A stretch of 64,000 nucleotides of DNA, taken from Eledone cirrhosa (lineage: Eukaryota). Shown one piece after another: positions 52,946 to 64,000 of this stretch. The position numbers and the translations under genes are program-made. The notes beneath the pieces are model-generated. The model saw only the letters and a program-made list of their open reading frames with translations, ran no database searches and had not been told where the DNA came from. The DNA lies in assembly GCA_964016885.1 (NCBI GenBank), contig OZ024748.1, positions 868,001 to 932,000 on the forward strand. The letters are read 5' to 3'. How positions within the stretch are numbered: position 1 is the first letter of the stretch; the number at the start of each line of letters is the position of its first letter.

Positions 52946-53795
52946 TATCTATATCTGTTAAGAGAATATTTCTTCAGGGATTCCTTTATATAGCTTGACT
53001 GATACAGAACCCTTGTATTATTGTGTGGTGAAACCCTTGATTATTACTGCATGTTTGTAGGGAACAACAAAACAATGTTCCTTGCCTGGGATGTAATTGT
53101 GTATTGCACCATCTTTAGAACATCAGGTTAAATCCCCAAACTTCACACTAACAACTATGATGGAGAGTTAACAGTTGTTTTAGTTAATCCATCATTTCAA
53201 AACAATTACAAAAGATATTACTAAACAATACTGCATTATTAACAAAAATAGAAAACATTTCTTATATAAAAAAAAAAAAATACAAGAACTAGCCGAAATA
53301 TAACGATCTCATATGTAAGTGGATAATTTAATTGATATAAATAGTATACAGTCCTTTTATAAACTGATTTGTAAAAAAATCTTTATTATTTTTCAAATAA
53401 AATTTTTCTTTATGTGTGAAGTAAAATTGATTGTTTTGGCTTATTATATTTAATAATAAGCCAAGATATTTACAGAATAAGTTTCTAGATGATGATGATG
53501 CTGTCATATTTATTATGTCAAATATTGAATTTAAAAAAAAAAAAAACCAAACGAACTTAGTTTGTATAATAATTCTTTTACCTTGTGTATCTATATCTAT
53601 TTGTGTAAAGGAGCTTGTGTGTAAGGTGTATGTGTGTGTGTGAGAGAGAGAATGTGTGTGTGTGTGTGTAAGAGAGAGAGTATGAAATCACATATAGTGG
53701 TTTACAGAAAAAAATATTAAAAATAAAATAGTGTTGCTTCTTCTAATGTGATTATCCAAACTGAACATTGAGAATCCTGTTGGTTTTTCATACAG

Positions 53796-53847
53796 TTTAT
53801 TCTACAAGTGAAAGTATTTAACGGACATTTGATGAGTAAGATTCCAG
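53796..53847 (+). CDS. Likely 52-nt exon FILQVKVFNGHLMSKIP(G), phase 0 to 1
   Basis: ggtttttcatacag| acceptor, cag|gtaatg donor, open frame continuing ...RAKQ, and a second same-phase donor (a|gtaaga) 12 nt upstream. Confidence 0.6.
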
Positions 53848-56314
53848 GTAATGCCTATTGGGTTGTATTGTTACTGTTTGGGTGTAGTCTGCTCAGACAG
53901 TGCTTTTTGACACAGACTTTTCTCCACTGCATACTGGAGAACTATCAGCGCTTGAACCACTCTCCTCCTTCTTCACCCCACTCTTGCTTAGTTGCTGGTG
54001 TTGGCATGATTATTATACATTTTTTTTTTTTTTTTTTTCAATTATCTCCATTTTTTTTCTTCTTACTTTCATTATTCTTCTTGTCCTGCTGCCTTATTTA
54101 ATAACCCCCCCCCCCTCATCAATAATTTTTTTTTTCTGTAAAGTAGTTGAAGATGCTTCAACTAACATTTGATTGTAGTGTTATGTCTATTATTAATCCT
54201 TCTAGTAACCAACCACACTGGTGACTTTGTAACAAATCATTTTTTTTATTATTATTTTTATTATTTTTAACTACTACATCCTCCTTCTCCTTCTTTCCCT
54301 TTTATTTGACCATAGATTTGTCAGTATTTTCATTGCATGCAATTTTATATATCTTCTGGCATTAATATATGAGCATTATTATTATTATTATTATTATTAT
54401 ATGAACCCCTGAAATAACATTGTCTATATATATATTATATTATAATTTTTTTTTAAACTGTTCATTTTAAATTGATATATTTCAAATAAAGTTTAAAAAT
54501 CACTGCATTGAAAAATGCAATAAAAATTTAAACTTTCTTTTTTTTTTTAATGCTACTTCTGTTTTAATCTCATTTAATTCAGAATATCTCACAATAACTC
54601 ATACACACACATACACGCACATCATTGTATTGATTTCTAGTGTTAAATATGAAAGAAAGTTATTATTTTGTCTTGTTGGTGTCTATATATTATCAGAGCT
54701 ACTTCTATATAACTACACTTGCTGCTGTCTTAGTCATGTTTATTTGTTATTTGACTACTTGAAGGAGTGCTTAACTCATAAAAGACTGTAGACCACTGAG
54801 TGTCATCTGCAAAGGTTGTTCACAAGATCTGTTAGCTTGTTGACTAGGCAGACCTTTCTAAAAGCCTGAGGTCCATGGTAAAATTCATTTTGATTAACTG
54901 GTAGTGAACATGTTGGAAACCAGAGCCATAGAGACTCTTTCATGTGATTTTTCTTTATGGCTCTTTATGAGTCCAACCCATGCAAGTATAGAAAAGTAAA
55001 CGGAAAAATGATGATAATGGTAATATATATACAGAATAGCCAGATAGGACAATTCAAAGGCTTTTAAGTCAGGGAACACTATTGTAGTAAAGATTTGGGA
55101 ACCTTAGTAGCCAGTTAGGATAATTCTCTACAAACTATATATGTCTTGTAAGGCTGTTAACTCACCATGCAATCCAATCAGGAACAACCTTGGTAGTGTA
55201 ATGGTGGTGAACCACTGTCTTAAAATGTGGTGATTGTTGTGTCATACATGTTGAATAATATGATGACATTCATGTTAATATCTATAATTTTATAAATTTA
55301 TAATAAATACATTTCTTTTAATTGGCTCATAACTCATTCTTTGTGTTTGTTTTAAAGCCATCACTACCACCACTGCTATGCAGGCTTTGAGAACCTTTAG
55401 CAGCATCCCCACTGTTGCAAGTATTCAGGTCAGATTTTATGTATGAAGATACTCTTGGAGGCCTGTAAAAAGACCAAGAGCACTGTCCCTCCCTCTTTGA
55501 CTAATCTATAAAAACAACATAAATTATTGCAAATTTCGAGTATGCCCAATCATTTACTGAATAAGTATATTCCCTTCTCATATATGTATAAGTAAAAGTA
55601 GTTTTCTGCGAGTTTTCAAAAATAATTTCTTCCAAATTGTTTAAAAGCCACTCACAAGGAAAATTTGGTGTATTAAACTAGTAATTAAAGGAGGCAGAAA
55701 TTATATCTTAGATTTATTTTAAAATATATATTTTTTTTCTTTTTAAAATGTTATTTTTATTTTGATAAGTTTTAAATATATTTTTTATTTTCTGCACAAA
55801 CAGTATATAATTTCTTATCTACCATAGGGAAAGATTTATTTTAATGTTTTCAACTAAGTATATATATTTTTTCTTTGTCTATTTTATTATTATTCCAGTG
55901 TGGAAGTGTGGTTTTAGCCATTAAAGAAATCACACATAAAATCTGTTAAATCCAAATCACATTTACATTTATCATTTTATTTTGTGATGTCAACATTTTT
56001 AGTAGCACTCCTTGAGACCTGGGCACTTGCAGTTCAAGTTGCAGTAGAATTATAAAAGTGACCTGGTAGCAAATTATGAGAGGAACATTTTGACACTATA
56101 AAATATAAATGTAAAATGAATTAATATTATTATTAGTATCATATAAGAAACTATTATTATTATTATTATTTTTGGTTTTTTTCAATATTTTCTTTTACTC
56201 CGAATGGCTTAAATGACACTTCTAGGGTGGAATTGCTTCAGTTTCAAGACACATTCTTAAACCACTTGCCAATCAATCACAACATCAAAATATTTAATTT
56301 CTCTTATTATTTTA

Positions 56315-56497
56315 GTTGGCAGTATCGGTAGAGAGTCGGACACCATGCTTTCCAGCATAGTTACGTCCCTTTACGATCTGAGTTCAAATCCCGCCGAGGT
56401 TGACTTTGCTTTTCATCCTTACGGGGTCGATAAAATAAAGTACCAGTAATACATTGGATAATTTGCTGGCCTTGTGCCTAAAGTAGAAACAATTATT
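56315..56497 (+). mobile_element. SINE family 2, full copy
   Basis: Near-identical to 45305-45490. Confidence 0.9.
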
Positions 56498-58797
56498 TTA
56501 GTCCTCACATACTTTAACTGTTTCATAAACAACTAAATACTTAACCATTTTTTGCCTTCAAAGAGTTTGATCAATTTCTGTTACTAATTATTATAAAAAT
56601 ACTACCTATAAATTAATTATTTCTGTTTTATAGTGTTTAATCTCCAAGTTCAACATCATAATAATAGGTACAGTTAGTTGATATAGTCGAATCTGTTCAC
56701 TTGCAGCAATGTGGTTATATTTCATTAAAATGTAAACACTAATTATTTAGCTATATAAATAGCTAACTAAAAAAAGCTTGAAGAAAATAATTAGATAATT
56801 ATTATGAAGAACATCTTCCCACTGAACCCAAAGACCAAGTCTTCAGTAATGCATTAGTGCTAATGATGATAAATAATAACAGTAGGTTGTTTTAGAAATC
56901 AATTGATGTACTCAGTGTTTAGAAGAACGGTTCAATAGAAAGTGTTAAGATTGCCAATATATTTGATGATCTGTTTGTTGATATATCTAATTTCTTTACA
57001 GTATTTTCTCTTGGACATTATTGTTACACAGTTTCTAGAAAGTCTGTAGAGGTTTTCTCAAACCTTGTAACTTGTCTGGCTGGACCTGGTCTCAAGTTTC
57101 ATGTTCTGTTAAGCGGCTGAGAATACAAGACTTCCCACTGAATGGAATGTTACTCTGTTGCATGTTTAAAACCCCAACTGCTGCTACTGGTGCTTCTTAT
57201 TTCTTCTGAGATATGGAGCAACATAAAATGAAGTGCCTTGCTCAAGGACGCAACATGCTGCCCATGGCCTTACAATTGGGAACCCAACACCCTATCCACT
57301 AGGCCATGTACTTTCATTAGTAAATCTGTAGAGTTAACTTCTTTCAAAGTGTCTGACAAATTGATTTAAACTGGATTTTAACAATGCATCTAAATACCAC
57401 CTTGATATACCAATTTGATCTACCACCATCATTTAGTCTGATACACAAGTTCAAACTGGGAATGAATAACACACTTTGATCTCCCATTTTGATCTTACAC
57501 TTTGATCCACCATTTTGATTTCAAACTTTCATCTCCCATTTTGATCTAGAAATTGTCAAACAACTTCAAAAATACATTAAAAACAAAAAATGTGTTTCCT
57601 TGTTTAAAATTTTTAGTTCCATTATTTAATGAAATTCAACATTTATCAATTTATTTCAGGGGTTCTTATATGACATTTACATGCCACTTTTATTAAATAT
57701 ATCCTAACTTACTGGATATTTTTACTTGGTCTGGATCACTTCATTGGGATACAGCAAACATATTATTTTCTTTGTCTCATATTTGTTTCCTTAGCTAACT
57801 CTAGAGAAGCATTCTTTATCTAATTACTACTACCACTCTTAATTAACTCTGATTGCTTGACTCTGTGGTATGTCATATTATATATATACATATATATATG
57901 AATGAACAGGTAGCACTGTTGCATGCTAACAGATATAAGCATTGATATTCTGAAAGTAAAGCCTGTATTTGTTGGGGGGGGGGGGGTTATGGTTGCATGC
58001 ACAAATAAGTATGGATTATTCATTACTTCTAGTTGAAGGCACAGTTTGATGTCTGGTTCAGAATATTTGAGGAGAGGAGTATCATATATTTAGATATGTG
58101 ACTGGTGATACACACAGCACTTGTTTAAACCTAAACTATAAACAAATAAAATTTCATGTGTAAATATTTAAAAAAATAAAACAAATAGTAAATTTTCAAA
58201 TAGTTAAACTTACATAAGTTATGAGTAAAATATAATTGGAGGTCTCATTATTTCATAATAGATTTAATATTCCTTTTTATTCTGTATATATTGAAACAAA
58301 AAAAACCCAACAAACTATTGTCTAATTGTATATCTGTATTATTAAACAAGATAATTTACTAAATATTTTCTTATTAATTTAATAATTCTATCAAATCTAA
58401 TGATTAAGATTGTAAGATGTCTCTGTAACACACAACACATTACAACACGCCACACATGATTGTTAGTAAAAACTGATAAATGAATTTGTTAAACTGACTG
58501 GTTTGAACCTAAAGATTAGCCAGATGAGCTTGGTTTAATATTCTGGTATTAGTTCCAGTGTGAAAGATATAATTTATTCAAATTATGTATTCTGATAGTT
58601 TTCTTTGAAAACATTTTACTGTCATTTTATATTCATCCATATAATTTTTAGTTTCATCTTTGTCATGTCATAACCAATTTATTATTTCTAACTCTCATAT
58701 ATATATATTTCAATTCATTGAATGTTTGTGTGAGTGTATGTTTTATACATTTTTCATAGTATTGCTTCCAACATGTATGTATGTATGCGTGTGTGTG

Positions 58798-58852
<55 letters not shown>

Positions 58853-59001
58853 TACAGTTTTTGCTTCTTTTTACATTTCTTCTTATAATTTAACCCCTTT
58901 TATTTTAATTTTATTATTATTATTCATTTATTTATTTTCCTTATTTAGATTTTAGTTCCCTTTCATATTCAGCTCCTCTATGAGGTTAAACAGAACCATT
59001 G

Positions 59002-59053
<52 letters not shown>

Positions 59054-59955
59054 TACATTGTTGGTGTTGCTTAATTAAAGCAAAAATTAATTAATTTCTA
59101 AAAGTAGGTTAACGAACTATGTTATGTTATCCACTTTATGATATATCATTGCCTGAGTTAAGTCATCATGAGAATTATTGCTATTTATCTTTATCAAATT
59201 TTTGTCTTCTTCCTCTCCTTATCTCTTATCCTTGTTGATGTATTCTATAGATATATAATATAATATCTCTGGCAGAAATTCTTCAAACAATGTTTTAAAG
59301 CATCACTATTTTAAAATAAGAAAAACATTCTTCAATTAATTTGTGATTTTAGTATTTTGTATAACAAAAACCCAATGTTGATCTTAAAATATAAATTAGA
59401 TTATTAAAAAAAAAAATTACTATTATTATTATTATTTTTTTTTTTTTTTGATTTTCACGAAAATCTATTTTGATCTCTTATTTTCCTATTGAACTCTATC
59501 AAGAAATCTATAATCAATAAAGTGTTATCTACTTATGTTCTTTATCATTGAACTGCAGGTGCATTTGTAAAAATCATTTTCTTTACGCTCTGACACTTAA
59601 CATGTGTTGCAAGCCTGTTTTATTAAATAACTTTCTCATCATTTAACTGTAAAGAACTCGCTGCCCATTCTGTATTTGTCATAATTGTTTTAATAATACT
59701 GCAATAATTGAATGTTTAGAACGTACATTTTCTACAGCTAAAACTCTCTATAACTGACATGGAATTATTTTGTGTACCACATTTACAACATAGTTTCATA
59801 CATATACATACATATGTACACATATGTATACATATACATACATATACATACATATGTACACATATATATATATATTTATATATACATATACATTTATATA
59901 TATATATATTTATATATATATATATATACATATTTTTATTTATATATACATATAC

Positions 59956-60034
<79 letters not shown>

Positions 60035-60461
60035 GTGTGTGTGTGTGTGTATTTTTATATATATATATATATATATATTTACATATACATATATATATTA
60101 ATACACACACACACACATGCGCACATGCACATACACACACACATACACATATATATAATAAAATATATATTATTTTCAGTAAGTATATTTTTGGTGCTAA
60201 ATTCCAAGGATTATTTCCTGAGTAAGCATTCTTGGATGATATCTTGTAACCATGTCTGACATTTTACTATCTTTGGTAAATGTTATCACCTCACCATTGT
60301 CAATGGCCAAGCATTGTATGCAGATCTTATTAATGGTTATATTTAGGGTGGTTTGGCTTGGCTTGTGTTAACTACATAGACGTGAAACCTGTATTACCTG
60401 GGTTGTCTTGTAATATGTAATGTTATTGCTCTTTTTCTCTTTTAGCTCTTTCTAGCCTACC

Positions 60462-60875
60462 AGCTGTGGCCATGCTGGGGCACTGCCTTGTGCATAACAA
60501 CACTGATAATGGCCAAACCTTGTATATGATGCAATAAGCTTATTATTACTTGTTTCTTGCTGGGCTGGGCTGTAGTACATATGTAATAACACTTTACTCT
60601 TTTAACTGTTTCAGCCCAAGGGCTGTGGTCATGCTGGGGCACTGCCGTACATATAACACTTCTAATAGCTAAACCTTGTAAATGATATCAAAAGCATGTT
60701 GCCTGTTCTAGCTGGGCTGGGCTGTTTTACATATTAAATAACACTTTACTCTTTGAACTGTTCCAGCCCAAGGACTGTGGCCATGCTTGGGCACTACTAT
60801 ATACATAACAACACTTGTAAATGATATGAAAAGCATGTTGCCTGTTCAGCTGGGTTAGGCTGTGTTAGATATGTT
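60462..60875. repeat. ~2.5-3 tandem degenerate units of ~155-165 bp
   Basis: ctgtggccatgctggggcactgcc...gctgggctgggctgt...taacactttactc recurs. Confidence 0.8.
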
Positions 60876-60957
60876 ACTACTATGTACACACTTCACTAAT
60901 TATTCGTGAGCTCCATAAATATTTTATATTTTGTTTGTTGATGATGATGATGATATC

Positions 60958-61265
60958 TGAAGGTACAGTAGGGGTTGGAATTTTGGGCTGACAATCATAA
61001 GGTCATGGGTTCGATTCTTAGACTAAGTGGTGTTCTGTGTCCTCTAGCAAGAGGCTTCATTTCTTGTTGCTCCCAGTTCACTCACCTGGAGAAAATGAGT
61101 ACCAGCAGTTAACTCTTTGCTACACTGTTTTTCTTTCCAGAGTGGAGTCCTCTCCTTTCAGTCATTTAACACCATGTGAAACCTGGATAAACTCCTGTCT
61201 GTTGCTTCTCTAGGCCTTGATTCAGAAGATTTTAACTTCTAACTGCTGATGATGATGTTGATGAT
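60958..61265 (+). mobile_element. Degraded tRNA-headed SINE with (GAT)n tail
   Basis: gggttcgattc B box and tgttgctcccagttcactcacctggagaaaatgagtacc. Confidence 0.6.
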
Positions 61266-61359
61266 TTAGAAATCTACTGAGCAAGACAATGCTGAGTTAA
61301 GAAATAAAAGTTGTATCAATCAATAAGCAATTGATTTCATACACACTCACACGCAGACA

Positions 61360-61420
<61 letters not shown>

Positions 61421-61439
61421 CAACAGAAATGACTTTTAC

Positions 61440-61775
61440 CCTCTATCCTATCTATGATGACTTCCAGGTCGCTTATCTGTCAATGCACATGCCAACTAAA
61501 GCTCACTATTCATCATCAGCATTCTAAGCTCTCCTACACAACCCACTTGAGATATCTTCCATCAGGCTATCAATGTAACCCCTGTTTGTGTATCGAACTG
61601 ATGATTCCCATAAAAGAACAAGGTCACTTGTTATCTCTTCACAGTGATGAACGTTGTGACCTGTAAGTTTCATTCTCCTCTGCCTTATCTTTTCCATTAT
61701 TGGTGGAAGCTGCTGATACAATTCTCTGCTGGTCACTTTCTGTTTCCATGAACAGCATTCTTATATAGCAGCCAT
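61440..61775 (-). mobile_element. Degraded RTE fragment related to 1295-1537
   Basis: ELYQQLPPIMEKIRQRRMKLTGH...LVLLWE...RG. Confidence 0.75.
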
Positions 61776-63025
61776 CAATTCTCTGTTATATACCTAGACT
61801 GTTAACTGCAGTTTTATCTTATACACTGTATATAATGAGGTCAGCTGAGATAAACTTGATAACTTACTGTTCATTGATCTGTTATTGTCAGTTATAGATT
61901 GATTGTAAGACTAAAATATGGATTTTAAAAGCCTGATTGACTTTTATTTTGTTGGGGGCCAGTTTAGAGTAATGACATAAACACTGAAATCAGTAATTGC
62001 GTAATGAAATTTGATGTTTCTAGAAAACCGGTTTTATGTGACTGTTGCTATCCTGAAAACTGAAGCATCAATTTCTTGTTTGAAATAAGATATTGAACCT
62101 TCATTGATTTTCGTCTTCTATATCAATAATGGAAATTATGAAATATACCTTGTTAGCTTTATAGTTGTATATATATGACTTGAAGTGTATGAAAACAAAT
62201 CTATACAGATAAACACACGCATAGACTTACACATGTATATACATGATTTTATGACTCAAACCACCACATCAGACACATTAACAACACTTTTTATTCAGTT
62301 GACCATGCATTTACAACAAGGAGCCATCACAGCACATTATAATGGAATATAACAAGCATTTTGAGGCCACATTTCCAGCAAAAGCTGGGGTTAGCCTTGT
62401 AGGCTCCAAGACAGGTTTTGTATTCACCATGGGGTCCTTTTTTGAGGCAATGTTTTACTGCCGGATACCCTTCCTGTCACCAACCCCATTTAGTTTCCTC
62501 ATATGACCTGCACCTATTCTAAATCAAAAACACTGTGTGATATTACTATAGTATCTTGTATCTGTGTGTATATGATTAGATGCATGTATGTATGTGTATA
62601 TATAGATGTATGAATGTATATATATAGGTGTATGCATATGCAATAGTCTTATATGGAATGAAGGAAGGTGAATAACTATTATCGTCTGAGTTATCCTTGT
62701 AGTTTTCCTTTTGTTTTTGTTGACTTTTCTAAAATACTGGTCTACTGTATAATTGTTCCCTATATATGGAGACACTGTTCCCTAGGTATATATACAGTTC
62801 CCTATGCATATATACACTGTTCCTTATGCATATATACACTGTTCACTATATATGGAGACACTGTTCCCTGTGTATATATACAAATGAATTGTTGTTTTGA
62901 AAGCTAGTGAAGATTGAAACATATAGCTATTTATTTTAGTGTAATAAATAATTATATTCTCATAATCTTAGTATTGAGTTCTTTAGCTGAAAGTAGCTTC
63001 TAGTTTATAACTGACCATTAATATA

Positions 63026-63065
<40 letters not shown>

Positions 63066-63329
63066 AGAGTCAGGACCTGATACTTGCCATATATATTGAT
63101 GTATGGTGGTGATAGGGGAGATAGAAAACAAACAGACCCAGTTCCATTCTACATTATACAGGTGGGACAGCACAGTGAATGGGAGAGAGAGAGAGAGGGG
63201 GTGGTGAGTGATAGGTGAGAGAATAATAAATAAGGGAGTAGCTGAAAAGTTAGAAGGAATATCATATAATGGACAAGAGACCCAAATTAAAATATATTAT
63301 TCATACCAACCTTTATCACCACTGCCACT

Positions 63330-63960
63330 CTCTTAACAGCCATTTTGTCATACTAACACGGGATGGGTCTTCACCAGCAGCACTCATTGTGGCTCTTTGT
63401 TATCCTCTTTGTAAGGTTCAGCTTTTTGAGATTACCTTTCACCATATTGTGCCATGTCCCTTTTGGTCTCTCTCTTCCATAGGTTCCATTCACTTTGAAT
63501 GCTTATCTCTGCTTTATACAGTTGTCATCTTCCATATGTGTCACATGTTTGTACCAGCTCATTCTACTTTCTTGCACACTATCACAGATTCTTCTTCTTC
63601 TTATCTAGCTTTTCTCTCAAATCATTTGTGCTTCAGCATTCATGCACGCTAACATTGCACATCCAGCAGAGCATGCTTGCCGCTTCATTTCTTTCTAGCT
63701 GTTGTAAATCTTTGGCATTCAAGTCCCATGTCTTGCCACCATGCTGCATCACATTTTGTACACGTGCATTATGTCCCCTGTTGTTCTGAGAGAGAAACCC
63801 TTTGTTACCAGCAGAGGTAATAGCTTCCTGAAAATTTTGGCTGCTATGCTTTCAGTACATCCACCTCTATCACTAATTAGGTAACTTTGGTATAAAAAAT
63901 AAATAAGTAAATAAAGGCTATTAATTACTTCTAACGAGCCTTCCATGCATTTGAAGGGTT
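63330..63960 (-). mobile_element. Degraded RTE fragment of the #1-#3 family
   Basis: GGCTESI...FRKLLPLLVTKGFSLR, with nucleotide similarity to 18780-19260. Confidence 0.85.
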
Positions 63961-64000
63961 TTCTTTCATTGTTTTCTTATTGTTAACTACTCTTGTACAT

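Overview
This is very AT-rich, microsatellite-laden animal DNA. The repeat content (tRNA-SINEs with RTE tails, huge (TA)n/(CA)n tracts) suggests a coleoid cephalopod such as Octopus, which is my inference. The window appears to lie inside the long introns of one + strand gene. I can support two solid exons (37665-37738, 41807-41944), two likely ones (33395-33437, 53796-53847) and several weaker microexon or cassette candidates. I could not name the protein. Almost all long 'YIYI/THTH' ORFs are microsatellite artefacts. Mobile DNA includes three 5'-truncated RTE-type LINEs carrying a PHD-type Cys4-His-Cys3 finger (two are fused head-to-head) inside a ~12 kb TA-repeat nest, plus other RTE and CR1-like fragments. 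There are also two SINE families, TTAA-flanked piggyBac-like MITEs, Tc1/mariner- and hAT-like MITEs and several minisatellites. The most notable signals are two Penelope-like inverted-repeat remnants that each carry a pair of minimal type I hammerhead-ribozyme motifs, a U6 snRNA copy fused to a retroposon-like tail, modular 3'-end sharing between the LINEs and a SINE, and inverted repeats placed to form intronic dsRNA around short exons.
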